From: Phoronis australis | Taxonomy: Eukaryota; Animalia; Phoronida | Reading direction: 5' to 3' | Length of the DNA stretch: 64,000 nucleotides | NCBI GenBank assembly: GCA_002633005.1 | Contig: NMRA01000045.1 | Span: forward strand, 985,552 to 1,049,551 | In this document: positions 23,543 to 37,169 of the stretch, in pieces | How positions within the stretch are numbered: the first letter of the stretch is position 1 | How the letters are laid out: each line of letters begins with the position of its first letter | Program-made: the position numbers and the translations under genes | Notes under the pieces: generated by a model | Seen by the model: the letters and a program-made list of their open reading frames with translations, nothing else | What the model was told of the DNA's origin: nothing | Database searches by the model: none

Positions 23543-26500
23543 ATGCTTGCTCTGGGAGCTGCGAGAGGAAGAATCTCATTATATTTAAAAGTTTTCTCGT
23601 GCACTAGAATTTTGCCAGGTAAGCATCTTTCTCATGAATTCGTGATGTTAGGGCATTTTCCAAACACTAAGCATGGAAATCGAAATAGTCTAACCGGGTA
23701 TACCCGACGAAGAAGGCTGTTGTGAATGTACCGTTAGTAGGCAAAGACTTGATTTCTTAATGATGAGGGCAAAGATCATTCCTTTCGAAAACTGATTGCA
23801 TAACTTCACTGATCTTTTAAGCAAGCAGCTGATAAGCGCGCTTGAATTTGATGACTGGCACCACGCTATGATTTTTCACCATGCGGCAGCGTAGACGGTA
23901 CATTTTTCTTATCTAACTGTACCATGAGCCAAAGGCATGAGTGGCGCAGCACTGGAAAAAGTGGAGGTTATAGCCCTCAGTCCCTAGGCAATGACCATCG
24001 CCTATGCTGGCGCAGCCAGTAAAGAGGCGATGGTCATTGTCTACCAGCCTCTCTGTGGTGCACCTCCCATAGACCATGGGTAGCGCAGCACTGAAAAAAG
24101 TGGGGCTATACCCCCCCCACCCCCTATGGTGTGCCGCCCATGAAACGCTGGTTTCAAGTAATAATGAACTGCCATTTCTGTTGGTGATTTTAACTAGATC
24201 CTCTTATTTTCTTTGCAGTAGCTGCCATCTGCCAACCAAAGTTCTTTTCTACTGAAGCAAGGACCCATTTACAAACTGTCAATCTTACAGCGGCCATGTC
24301 TTCAATCACTCCCACAGACCCACCCACTGGGTGTTATGAATCACTGCTCAAAAGTGTAGAACTGTGCAGGTACTGTGGTGGCATTAATATTTAATTAACA
24401 ACACTCACTATTTCTTGACAGAACGTAATAAAACCTTTTACATCACACATGAACAAAACCACTGTACAATAAACACACGTGCAAGACATGAAATAACTGG
24501 TTCACTGACATAACTACTGACAAATAAAGTCATGTGTGACAGACTACTTTCTCTGCATTGGATCATTGTCTCTGAATTCCCACTTATCTCGGTCAACAGC
24601 TGATTAACTAAATACAAACTGAACATACTACATTTGCCTACAGAATAAAAAAAAAAACAATTGAAAGTAAGCTAACATATATATTGTAATCATACTTCAC
24701 AGTAATTACCAAAACATTGAGTGAAATGATGTAGTATGAAGCAAAAATGATCCGATAAATTTTTTAATCGACACCAGTCACAAATGAAATCTAGGTCACT
24801 CGTTCAACGGACTCAATCACTGGGAAGGTGACAATACTCGTTTACCAATTTAGATACAAACAAAAGTGTGTGTTCTAGCTAAGCAGATTCCCGGGCATTG
24901 TATGCAAACATCGCTTTTCTGCAATTTCATCAATGTTATCTGCACAATCTCCACAGCCCAACTGAGTCATGATGGCTTGTGTAAGTGTTGACCTGTTTAC
25001 AGCTGAATTTGTTGCAAGTCCAGTTCCATAGTTGTCAAAAACAGTTCAGTGGCTGAGTATTCAATATGTGTTTACCTGGTTCTTATCTTTATCTGCTAGT
25101 TTGACACTTGAGAAATTAAAGATTATCGACCGATTCTGCTCTGTTGTTTTTCTTCGGCCTACCTAATTTTTGTGGATGAACATTTCATGACGTGTATTCC
25201 TACGTGTTAGAGAAATCTAGTCCGGGCAAAGGAACACGATGAAAAATGCCAAAATGTGTGGTATACAAAAGTTATACGATGTGTTGTTTAGTCTCGTGAA
25301 AATATTTCACCATGATTATGCCAAGACCAAATCACTACCCATATTTCAATATGCGTCACTTAACCTATTTCTATTATCCAGTTTTCAATAGTTATAATTT
25401 AGTCTGGTGGTCAACACAGGTGTGCTTGATACGAAAAAAAAGATCTTAAGACAAAGCTTTTTTTTCAAAAGTTAAATGCAACTGAAATCACTGATTAGTA
25501 AACGGTTCAAGCACACATTTATTAGGTTGCCCAAGTTGACTCCAGATTGAGGATACCAATGTTGCACAATAATACTTACATGTTACTGTCTATATATTAA
25601 TAACAAAAATGTTTTATTTGAAATTGGAATTCTTGCAAATTATGACAATTGTTCAATTCACCAGTTCTTCAATTGAGATCTCGTTTTGTCATTTGTCATC
25701 TGTTGTCTGTTATGAATTATTTGTCATTCATACTTTAGGTGCTTGAACCCCTGCATACGGGGCTTTCTTATTTTGGTGACCTGGAATTTACCAGGTCACA
25801 TTCAGTGAGTTGATGTTATCTTAAGTGTCAAGCCTTGTAGTTTCACTTAATTCAATATCATCTTAATTATTTACATTCACGGGACTCTGTAACAGTGAAT
25901 AGTTTACATTTTTTGGACTTTTATGTCCTGACATCGTAGACTAGTGCTGCTCTTCATTACCTGTAGATGGCAGCGCTAAATCATCCAATGGTCAGGTGTA
26001 TATTCAATTAATTTTTAGGTTAATGCTACCAGATGACGCTAACATATCTGGTAATGTACACGGTGGAACCATACTGAAGATGATTGAAGAAGCTGGTATG
26101 ATCATCACTACACGATATGTTAACTCTGAAGAGTCCCGTAAGGTATGATTAACATTAATTATCTAATATGTCGGTTGCCTGGCTAAATTATATTTCAACT
26201 ATTAAAGGTGTATTTGTATGCTTATAGTGCTCGATTTGGCGACCTGCAGGTCACCAATGCGACCTCAGATCGTGCTTGGCAACCTGGGAAAAATCTCAAG
26301 TCGCCACTGCGGGTATCAGTCGGACAGTTCCCCCTAAATTTGATCAATGTTTGCGTTGACTTCCAAACTTTAAATTACAAACAGTTTAACTAAATTTATT
26401 GCCATTGGTTCACAAGTGTTCTGTTTATTTCGTGAAATCAGTGCATTTGCCATCACAGCAGTCAACACACATCAATCACGCTTATATTGCAACTGGAAGT

Positions 26501-29500
26501 AAACAGACGGAAGTTGGAATTGTTCAGCAAAAATTGGGCAAGATCAGTGAACCACGCGCCACCAGTGTATTTGATCTTCTGCATTCTATGTTCATTCTTT
26601 AGGGAATGAATGTACATTTACAGGGAGAAATTGAAGAGGTACGCGTAAGATTCTGAGAACGGAGTACGATACAACCTTTTTAGTCGACAATTGCTACGTT
26701 GAATTCGGCAACCTCAGATTTCATTTGAGGACCTGGGATTTTTGCTAAGCGTTGAGCACTGCTATTGTATATCAGGAACTAAACAACAAAGTGCAGTTGC
26801 CATTTGTAAATGGGTGACCGTGACCTTATCCTTAACGATGTACCTTATGGGCTCGTATAGCCCATATCATGCAGTGTTATTCCCTAGCACCACGTCACAA
26901 TACTTACTGGACACGATTCAGTGATTTGCGACGGATCATTTTTGCAGCAAAACTTGCTCTGAAAAACATTTGGCAACTTTCAAACTACTTCATATTCACA
27001 TCATCGCTACATGTTGCGTTTTTACTAATTTGACGAAGAAATCACAGAGAGATATGTAATTAGCCACCAAATTCCACTTTAAGGTCATGTCAAAGGGATT
27101 TGCAAATTTGAAATGATATAAAGGAAAGTTTAACTGTTGGTCACTCATGAGAGAGATTCATTTACTTTATTTTGGTTTAACTGATTTGTTTAAAATTGTT
27201 TCTGTCTCAATATTGTGTTTATGAAATAATAAATAAGATACTTTTATAGTATCATAACTGCATTCTATTTCTTAAAAAAAATAGTGCCGGTGGTCTGATG
27301 CATGTCACATCATTCTTTATTCATTTAACAAATAGACATATAATATATACAGACATATAATATATACAGACATATAATACATACAGACATATAATATATA
27401 CAGACATATAAACAAACTAAGTCTGTGCTGAAGAGCTAGAGACTTGACTCACGGGTCTAGCAGTGGCGTCCAGTGGGATTCGATCATACGACCTTGTGAA
27501 AAGGAAGCCGCACTGCCTCCTCTTCTCAAAAGGATACTAAACCCTGTTTTGGTGGTTTCAAGCAGTCATCGTTTGGTCTCTTGCTCATGTGCGAACCCAG
27601 GGGGACTTGGGTGCTCGAATGAGCCCCCAAATTTGGTGAAGTGGGCAAAAATGTCGGCCTCAGAAAAACCAAAAGCCCACTATAAAGGCACGAATGCACA
27701 ATTCATAGCTCTGATTGTGGTACCTCATTTTTTTAGTCCCATTTTTTGTTAGTAAAAGGTCTACATTGTCAAAATTCAAGCCTGCCTATATTTTAGACTG
27801 GGTGCATGAATGTTGCTCATGCATCACTGGGGTCCCACTTGAGTGATAAAAGCAGGATTAAAGTGAAAATTCCTAGTCTAGTCACAAATTGGATATCATG
27901 GTTCTTGGTGGATGGTCTCTCCCTGCAGTTGTAGCAACTCACTTAAAACATAGGACACTTGTGCTTTCCCGTTTAGCAGACTTTGTAAGGAGTTTTCAAA
28001 TTTTGTTCCAGAAAACTTTTGAGGGTTGCAGAGGGTTACAGAGCATTATTGTGTTGGAAAAGTTGTTTTCAACATCTGTTAATAGACCAAAATGGGGTTT
28101 GGTATCCTGTTAGGGATAGCTGTTAGACTGTTAATGTCAACATTCAAATTTTACTTTCTGTGTGTAGCAATCTGGTTACGAGCCTGCCATCACTGGCTTG
28201 GTACGCGTGGAGAAGACTGACTTCCGGCTGCCTATGTTTATTGGGGAGGTAGCCGAGCTGGTAGCTGAGATTACGTACACGTCACCACACTCGTTAGAAG
28301 TGCATGTGTGTGTGTGGGCTGAGAACGTCATCAAAGGTACAGTATACATCCAATTAAGGTGCCATTAACTTGGCTTGTGACAAAACATTAACTTTTGATA
28401 TAAGCCACTTACCATTATTATACTCATCTTATCTAATCTTTTTACTCGAAACAAACTTGTGATTATTGTTGGCAATTCTTTGCAATTTTGCTTTTTTGCC
28501 TAATGTACACGGACCAGTTTCGCTGACACATGCATTTCTGGAGGTACTGAGGCAAAATACCTTAAGTACATTTTTCATGAAAATAATACCCTTGTGATAC
28601 CTCTAGTTAGTCGAGGATGAAATATGGCTTGTTGATGTTTGGAGGAAACACTGCTGTCATATTCAATAGATGAAGGTGAATCTGCACCAAAGGGGGATAA
28701 TTTCAATAATCTTCAGAGAATCAAAATTTTGCCTTTCTAATTTTGAAGAAACGCATGCCTGATTACAGGTGGTAAACGTCTTACCAACAAAGCCACCCTG
28801 TGGTATGTGCCACTCAACATGACACCTCCGTTTCACTGTGCCAATGTAATGCCAATGAGATACAGAAGTTCAGAGGATGAGGAAAGTGGTAGGGAGCGCT
28901 ACTTACGTCAAAAAGAGCAGCGACAAAACAAAGTCTTTTCAAAGACGCCCAAGCTTCAAAGGTCCTCCTCTATTTTACTCAACAGCGGTGAGCGAAACTT
29001 TTGTGCTTTACATATGGGCAACAGCAGTGGGCCCATCCTAAATTACCACTTTGCAATATTGAGCCTGATTCTGTTAAATTTACCCACATTACTGGGCATG
29101 CGGTGGGCAAATGATCACTCCTGTTTTATGGCAATATTATTTTGACGTAGCACTCTGAGTGCTAAAAATTGGCAAGCTAAGTGTGGCACACAATATATTG
29201 TTGTTTCCTTGTCCGACTCGCCTCTGAAGCATTTGGCAAACTAACCCTCTAATGGGAGAAATGTATTCTCTCCACCTTAGACATGCAGTACACTGTGGAG
29301 ATGTCACAGTCGTCCCTCATCCACATGGTGGGTGTCCAAGACTGTACCCAGTGGGGCTATTGTCGAGCAGGAGTTGTCATGAAACTGATGGATCAGTGTG
29401 CTGGCATCGTGGCCGCCAAACACTGTCGTACCAACGTGGTGACTGCGAGCATCGACACCACTGACTTCCATGACCCGGTCAAGAAAGGTGAGTCATTTGA

Positions 29501-32500
29501 AGACCATGCTCATTTGAAGCGCTTGTTCCTGACTTGGATTTAAAGTGATGGCTTGAGACCATGCTTGGCACATTGAGATGCCGACTTATCCAGCCCAGTC
29601 TCAAGCAGTAGTACAGCTTGTCACATAGACATGCCAACATATTCAGCCCAGTCTGGAGCAGTAGTGCAGCTTGTCACATAGACGTGCCAACTTATCCAGC
29701 CCAGTCTCGAGCAGTAGTGCAGTTGTAAAACGTGGCTAAGTCACGGGCAGCAGATCATTTAACAAATATTTTCCCTGTTTCACTTCACTTAAACTGGAAT
29801 CTGTCGCGTTACTAGTCTTTTTCAAAATGCCTCGAATGTTAGACAAAATTTACCCCAAGATAGCATACTGCAGCAGTACGACTCTCTGGCATTTAGGGGT
29901 GAGCAATACATCTTCAATAGTCCGCCAATAAAACTTGCGTTACATCACAGATAGTATGAAACTTCATGCTAAAAAGTTGCTTCTGTTGGAGGTCCCTTTG
30001 GTATTGGGGTGCATAAAGCTTAGGGTGGATTAGTTCTACAGTTGATCGTTCACTGAGTCCTCTCACTGTATGTAGGACTACGCCACTGGCTTCAATTGAG
30101 TGAACTTCTGAACTAATACATGTGTGTATAGACTTCCTACGATAAACATGCTGATCTGCAGAAGAGGCATTAGTTTAACCAGGCATGTTTTGCTGGGCAT
30201 TTTGTTCCAGTGCCAGTTGAGTTTTCTATTTCTTGACTTAGCTGAAGCTAGTGAAAAACCCTGGTTTTCAATTTGTAGCTGAATTTCCTTGATTTTGGTT
30301 TTCATAATATACAGTTGTTGTTGTCAAACCGTATGTTAATATTTCCAGTTGCCAATTGCATGACCTTATGCTTGTGAAGAGCCGTTCAAATTCATGTTGG
30401 CACTGTATGGGAAAATTGTTGTGAAAAAATGCAAATACAGTATTAAACTAAGCTGACAATTATTCATTGCAGGTGCTGTTAAGTAATGGTAAAAATTCTC
30501 TAGTTTTGGAAAGCCTCCAAAGTTAAGGAACAGAAATGCAAACTTGGAATTGAATTTTCCTAATTCTGAAATTTGTGACACGGTCAATTTTTGCATTCAT
30601 CATACGTTTCTAAAAATTCCAGACACTTCTTATTTTTGCACACTTGGTTCTAAAACAGATTTGCAAGTTCAGTGATAAAAATAACTCAGGGAACTTCCCT
30701 GTTTGTAGATCGGGTACCAGAATTTCGGACAATGTTCAATCTCATGTATTTCTTCTAATTCTTGAATTTGAAACAGCCATGTTTCTTGAAATTTTATTCA
30801 AGCTCCAACTTTAACAGGGCTTGGAATTTTCCGCGGAAAGGTGGATTTCCCCTTTTTTCAAATGTTCTGTCCGCGCATTTTATTATATTTCCGCGTAAAA
30901 AAATCGGATTTGATATAAAATTTCCGCGGCAAATTCCTTTCTTACCGCGGCGTTGGCGACGACGTTCACCTCGAAAAGCGAAAGTTGCTCTTATGTTTCG
31001 GAGGAACGTAAATTGTCAACATTGCCGGGGCATCTGGGATAGCGTGGTGGGATTTTCAATGGCGACTCGTGTGATTTTTAACCGCGGTGACAAATACTAC
31101 AGCTCTGCAGCCAAAAATGTGTGGGGGTGGGAGTGGAGGAGTGGATGGACGAGATAAAAAGACGCAGACGCATGCTACTGATGGTGGTAATGTTTTTTTT
31201 TAGTCCTACCGATTTTTGTCGGCGAAGGCTCACATCGGGCAGCGCGCATGTCTTGGGCCGTAATTGTAAAATTTTCCGCGTTTTCTGTCATTGGTCATTC
31301 CAAGCCCTGTTTAAGCAAAATAATTTTGTTTTCACTGTCCCATATTTGAGAATTTGTATCATACTTTGTGCCCTGAATGCTATCATGGTATGTCTGCTGA
31401 AAACTACAGCAGGCATACACATGTTATGCATTCAACTCTTCAGTTCAGTCAGATTTTGCCTTATTGGGATAAAATTTCTTTGTGTGGTCGGATCTGACTT
31501 TTGCAAGTTTTGGTGTAACTTGTTGTTTTCGTAAACAACGATTTAAGATTCCGAGACCTATTTTATAATGTCAGATTGTCAAGTGGTCTAAACCAAATGT
31601 TAGTTTTTGACAGAAAGCAGTTTCTTGTGAGCCAAGTATTTTTACAAAAATGCTGTGCTACTTAAGTATCTGTTCATTGCCATCAGGTCAATTCACGAAT
31701 TGATTATTGTAGGAGACTTGATCACCCTGACTGGTTACATGATATTCACTAGCTCTAAGTCAATGGAGATTGAAGTTCTTGTGGACGTCGAACGACTGGT
31801 TAATGGAAAGCCACACAGAACACGAGCTGTGACGTCCTATTTTACTTTTGTTTCTCTTGACAAAGAGAAGAAAGTCCAGGAGATTCCTCCGCTGAAGGTT
31901 TGTTGGTTGATGTATACTTTGATAATAATGTTTCATTTTAAAAGGTTGGGTTGAAAATCTGATTTGATGTATTCTGTTCATTTTTGAGTCATTGGATTCC
32001 TGTTGACAAAATAAATCCTTGTGATCAGAGTTTGTCAATGCATATTACATACACATTTCAATCTGTTGTGAAAATTGTTCTTTAAAGAAACTCTTTTTCC
32101 TTCACAAAACATACTTAAATCGCAATCCACTTCGGCCAGAGCTTGTTTTTAAGCTGAAAATTTCGAATAGTATTTTAACTTTGATATTTTAATGTCAACT
32201 TGTGCACAGACAAAATAGCTGCCACAGCTGAACTCTAAATTTTATTGTTTTACTTTTCAACTACCTCTAATGTGTGAGTTGGCACCCTTTCAAAAATCAC
32301 TAGGTATGAAAAATATAAGTAACAACACATGTTGTTGTATAATGTTTTGATTTATGGTTACCTGTCTCAGAGGATTTGACACAAATAATTCAGGGCTAGG
32401 CTGCATATATTTTTTTGAAGATAGTCAATGTACCAATCATGCAGAACTTACGTGTTTTTGTTCACCATGTCGTGTAATTCGTGTTGTTGCATGTTTTTCA

Positions 32501-33285
32501 TTGATGGTTATCTGTCTCAGAGGATTTGACACAAATAATTCAGGGCTATGTTGCATATAATTTTTTTGAAAATAGTCAATGTACCAATCATGCAGAACTT
32601 ACACGTTTTCATTTACGATGCCATGTAATTCTTCACATATTTCGACAAAATTGTATTTCTAATACTCATGAGACTCGATACATTGCTTCAAATAGCAGAA
32701 ATTTTACCAAATGTTACATTTTTGGAATCTGAACTAAGCTAATGATGGACTAAATGAAATCTCACCAACCTGCCATATCGTGTGCTAAATAGGTGGAAAA
32801 TTACCATAGTCTGATACAATAAAACTCGCATATGTTGTATAAGTTTTGGTCAACTCAACAGTTGGCTTTTCCAGTTCATGCACTCGGCACTTCAGATAAG
32901 TCAAATTTCGCCCCACTCCGATGAAATCTATCGGTGCCCTGGAATCAGGCTTATACGAGTTTTATTATACTATCCATTTTGGGCAACCTACAAACCAGGG
33001 AAAATTGTAATTCTGGTTCCAAAAATAACTACACTAGCTTACATGTGGTTGTGCTGATCGAATGCTAGGCTTATACGTGGATTGGTCGGTTTAAAGAAAT
33101 GTGCACTGAAATGTGCGTTGTGGAGATTAACGTTTTGATTTTGAAGTGTCACAATAATTTGGTTGCAGATTATGACGGAGGATGAATCCAAACGTTTTGA
33201 GGAGGGTCGTCAAAGATATGACCAGCGAAAACGGTCCCGTCTGCTCAGTTCTGAAACACTGCCTCGCCAACAAGCCGAGTCATAA
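23543..33285 (+). CDS. ACOT7: Acyl-CoA thioesterase 7-like (double hotdog fold), 8 exons, ~415 aa (364 aa from internal ATG 24296)
   Basis: Exons 23543-23618, 24219-24369, 26019-26142, 28168-28336, 28769-28987, 29281-29487, 31713-31897 and 33169-33285, all GT-AG and in phase. Motifs: PDDANISGNVHGGTILKMIEEAG, NKATLWYVPL, SQSSLIH...MKLMDQCAGIVAA, FTSSKSMEIEV, FEEGRQRY. The catalytic Asn and Asp equivalents are retained. Confidence 0.95.
23936..24143. mobile_element. Short CATG-terminal MITE family (intronic)
   Basis: CATG.GT.GCGCAGCACTG...GGCTATA...CCTATGGTGTGCCGCCCATG; related copies at ~42179-42313 (reverse) and ~49947-50013. Confidence 0.6.
27333..27410. repeat. 17-bp minisatellite (AGACATATAATATATAC)n
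   Basis: About 4-5 tandem units are visible. Confidence 0.9.
27586..27812. mobile_element. CATG-terminal MITE with 5-bp TSD (TTGCT)
   Basis: TTGCT|CATGTGCGAACCCAG...CTGGGTGCATGAATG|TTGCT; homologous to 33398-33666. Confidence 0.75.
29577..29723. repeat. 53-bp minisatellite x~3 (intronic)
   Basis: ATGCC.AC.TAT.CAGCCCAGTCT..AGCAGTAGT.CAGCTTGTCACATAGAC is repeated. Confidence 0.9.
32330..32630. repeat. ~150-bp tandem duplication (intronic)
   Basis: ATGGTTA.CTGTCTCAGAGGATTTGACACAAATAATTCAGGGCTA...TAGTCAATGTACCAATCATGCAGAACTTAC occurs twice. Confidence 0.85.
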
Positions 33286-33397
33286 GGCCTGGAACACTGC
33301 TTCCATCCTTAGTATATGTGCCAAGATTTTGTTAACCCTGACCTGCTGGATATCACAGTTTCCTTCTTCACTACCAAGGGTCTAATCAGTGTTAATT

Positions 33398-33666
33398 CAT
33401 GGGCGCACCCAGGGGGACTCAGGGGGCTTGAATGAGCTCCCAGTTTGGTGAATTTTGCAAAAAGGTCTGCCACAATGAAACAAAAAATCCGAGCAAACGA
33501 GACAAAAGTCCACACAGCCTACAGGAATTCGGAGTGGATGCACAATTCGTAGGCCTGGACCTGGTGGCCCCATTATTTTTTAGTCGTCGTTGATTTTTTT
33601 TCAGTAAAAGGTCCGCATACCGAAAAATTCGAGCCCCCCCTTTATTTTAGGCTGGGTGCGCGCATG
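33398..33666. mobile_element. CATG-terminal MITE with 5-bp TSD (TAATT), just 3' of the ACOT7 stop
   Basis: TAATT|CATGGGCGCACCCAG...CTGGGTGCGCGCATG|TAATT. Confidence 0.8.
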
Positions 33667-33859
33667 TAATTGTGGTGAATATTTTATTAATTTATTCTGT
33701 CATTACGTATGTATGTGTTAAGAATTTAAAAGAAACTGTAGTAATGCTTTTCTAAGAATGCTTTCTGTATAGCAGTTATTTTTTAATTCTTAAAGTGCTT
33801 AAAACCACCATTTACCTTGTTTTGACAAGTAACTACATTGTCAGCAGCATTATAGCCAT

Positions 33860-34740
33860 GCATATCAGAATCATGAATTTAACATCCTATAAACCAGAAA
33901 ATAGAAGAAAAGCAACTTCAACTGAAAGTTTCTAACTCTACGGACAGGAGAGTGACATAATGAATATACCCACCAGCACCAATATGTAATGTCCACCAAC
34001 AGGCCATCTCTGCGCTTTTCCGATGTTGGATGCGCTTTTCCGATGTTGGATGCAGGAAGTGAAAAGTGCCAAAGCGTGGTCAAATGCTAAGGTGTCACAA
34101 CCTCCACAAACGCATCGCCTCGATGTTCCAAAGAGCCATGGAATGTGAAAACTCCTAAAACACCTTTTAGACAGGTCGTGGTAAATCCACCTCTTGGGTA
34201 TGCCAACGTGAGAGTTATTCTTTTTGAATATTGCAAGAATATCTATAAATTCAGGTGACTCTGACGTCACACCAAACAACCCTTTTAGCGAAATGTGCCA
34301 CGCCTATGTGTTGCCGTAACAAACAAGGAGACGTGCTGTGCTTTATGGGAAAATATCGACGAAGTGACGAGCAGTTGATGTATCGCTTTTTTGAAATTTG
34401 AAACTAAAGGGAAAATGCTTTGATATCGACAGAAATTTAAAATCTTTACGAACAAAACCGTGAAAATACATGTTAAATTAATTGACTTTCAATGTTTCAG
34501 CGCCTGAGAACCACTTTGAATAATGCAATTTAGTCTGTTATTCACGTTCTATGCCTCTTAAACCACGGGAAAACGAGCTGCAATATCTGACGACTTTATT
34601 CACTAAACGCAATAGAGAATGACTGGTGGCCGGGTGTGATTGGTTGTCCCGATTTTACGTTTTATGTTTCGACCAATAAATGCTCGTACCTCGAGATCAG
34701 CTAATTAACATATCGTCAGATAGTGTTTGCGTTTTTATAA
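33860..34740 (-). repeat. Unclassified interspersed repeat; second copy at ~45650-46930
   Basis: Shared blocks TAGAAGAAA.G.(G)ACTTCAACTGAAAG (33902 vs 45986) and TGATTGGTTGTCCCGATT...CGACCAATAAATG.TCGTA.C..GAGATCAG (34637 vs 46258); both copies read CGGCD on the minus strand. Confidence 0.6.
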
Positions 34741-35229
34741 GTTGACACCTGGCCGACTGTTATTTTTCTTTTTTTTTGGTGTTTTTGATATGAAATTGGT
34801 GATATTAAGCACTTTGACACTACTATGGTATCGTACTGGTTCCTGTATGTTACCGTGACAGCTCTGCCATATTTCACCCTACATGTTGCCATATTCTACC
34901 TTACTGGTTCATGACCATTGCTTAGTTGGCCATGTTCATGTTTGATTTAATTTTTGTTTTAAATTGTGTTAGTCCATCATTGAATGATTTCGATTCAATA
35001 ATAAACACATAACATGTTGTTTTACATCACTTGTTCTTTTTTCTCAATGACCCAACACTTTGCTGTGTGTGCTCTGTTGAATAGGCTGCAAAATGTTGCA
35101 CATGCGCAAGCTGTCATAATGGAAAATTTGGGCAGATCTAAATTTTTGGTTCTGATAATTTGTCGTTTTTGGGTTTGCACAAGTTATCATCAATATTAAA
35201 GTTGCAATTTCGTGGAGACCCTCATGGTA

Positions 35230-35777
35230 AAAATGTTACAGCACGCAAGTACTCGTCTTTGAAGTCTTCGAAACTCACCTGGAGGCGTGTCTGTACCCCA
35301 AAAAGTTCCACACCGATTTTCATGAAATTTGGCAAGTAGGCATCTATTAGTGAGCTGACGCTATCCTCCCGTTTTCGGATGGATTCGAGGTATTTTGCGC
35401 CATCTAGTGGTCATTTTTACTATTTTCGAGTCGTCGCTACTCTAACAACCAAACCATTCGAAGGAAGATTGTAAAAATTGGCATGTATGTTTTTACTATG
35501 AAGAAGACAGTTGATAATGATTTTCCGACGACTTCGGCTACTGTAGTGCCTCTTAGTGGCAGTTTTGTTTGTTTTTGCGCCTATAGCTGCATCTCCTAAA
35601 AGTTCTACAGGATCTTTATAAAATTTAACCAATGTATTTATATGAAGTTGACAACGGATGACGACGACTTATTTTGTGCCTTCTAGTGGTATTTTGATGA
35701 TACAAATAAACAACCTGAAAGCACACCATTTGCGATGCATTTGTGGGCGCATTTCAACGCTCCGCGTTGCTCTTGTT
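35230..35777 (+). mobile_element. Probable Helentron-associated non-autonomous element (HINE-like)
   Basis: Internal CCGATTTTCATGAAATTTGGC core; 3' GC hairpin (CAACGCTCCGCGTTG) followed by CTCTTGTT. Left boundary uncertain. Confidence 0.4.
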
Positions 35778-36045
35778 AACTATTTGACTTAGGGGGAGCT
35801 CATCACTGTATGGAAGAGTGTCTCCTCCCTGCTGATTTTGTGGTGCTTTTTTCATCATTTCCCGTTATGACAGACAATTATTATGACAGGCAATTCTGTT
35901 TTGTCAGATTTCTTTTCTCATGCATTGCTATTGTCCTTCTCCGCCTGAAAGGAATGGTGTCTGTGCCACCAGGGAGAGGAATTTTTTGGCGGTAGAAAAT
36001 AGCCACCCAAATCATCACGAATTATTACCCTATGGTTGCGATCCC

Positions 36046-36181
36046 AACGATGGATTTAAACCGGCTTGACATGTTTCGGCATTTATTAAAACGGGCCTAG
36101 CTAGGTGACCACTGTTTTTTCTTCTGATGATGGTGTTTTTATAAACGCCGAAACATGTCAAGTCGGTTTAAATCCATCGTT
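36046..36181. mobile_element. Hairpin MITE with ~45-bp inverted repeats
   Basis: AACGATGGATTTAAACCGGCTTGACATGTTTCGGC ... GCCGAAACATGTCAAGTCGGTTTAAATCCATCGTT. Confidence 0.8.
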
Positions 36182-36911
36182 TTTACTAACCTCCCTAAAA
36201 GGGCATTGAAGAAATTCTTTGAATGGAGTGGGATAGAACTGAATTGTCAACCGGCCTTACCGGCATGCTTAATGAAAGGAGTGAAAATACCAGGGTCGCA
36301 TGGTAGTGCACACGCTGAATACCAGAACAATAGCAAGTTATTTCTAACACCTATCATCCCCGCATCGGCTGACTAACGAGGCCTAGATTCGAGGAATAAA
36401 AGCTGTCTTCATGAATAATCTGAAAGCTGTTGTGTCCAAACAACATCGCAGTATTCACATACTGATGGCTACAATTTATAGAACTGTTCTCACAATCTCG
36501 ATGATATTAAATTGCGACGCGGTTGAATTATGCAACATTTTGTCAATATTAGAAATTAATCATTTTTAGCTAATGAAATTGGTGTTGATTTTTAATGATG
36601 TGTTCTCGCTGGTAATTTTCCAAGTATTTTATTTGTAGGCGCTTAATCCTGGCGCTATAGCATTTAGCATACAACAACGATTTATTGTTACGAGGCAGGC
36701 TTCAAAAGTTCTGCTTCGAAAACCTGGGCAACATTTTGGTTTGTGCCGTAAAATAATAAATTTCAGCACTACCGTCTAACCGAAGTTCATTTTGAAAATA
36801 ATCATGCCACCGCCAATTTCCTACAAAACTGGGCCGAAGTAAAACTTCAATTTAAAATTTGGGATTATTGTGTATAACGAATGAATATCAGCATAATCAC
36901 ATAACCGCTTT

Positions 36912-37169
36912 CATGCGCGCACCCTGCCTAAAAAATGAGGGAGCTCGAATTTTGGGAATGTGGACCTTTTACTATGATTCACGGGTACGTTAAGAGATAT
37001 GAATTGTGCATCACCGAATTTTAGTAGTTCCTGCCTTTTTAGTGGACTTTTGTCTCGTTTTCTACTTTTTTCGAAGTTTTTGTTTCTTTTAGGCGGACCT
37101 TCTGTCCCACTTTGTCAAATGGCGGGGGGGGGGGGGCATTTNGGGGGGGGGGCATTGGGTGCGCGCATG
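36912..37169. mobile_element. CATG-terminal MITE with 5-bp TSD (GCTTT), reverse orientation
   Basis: GCTTT|CATGCGCGCACCC...GGGTGCGCGCATG|GCTTT. Confidence 0.8.

Noticed and set aside
29577-29723. CRISPR-like array (also 19338-19446)
   Set aside because: Units are contiguous without unique spacers, intronic and eukaryotic, with no cas genes; these are minisatellites.
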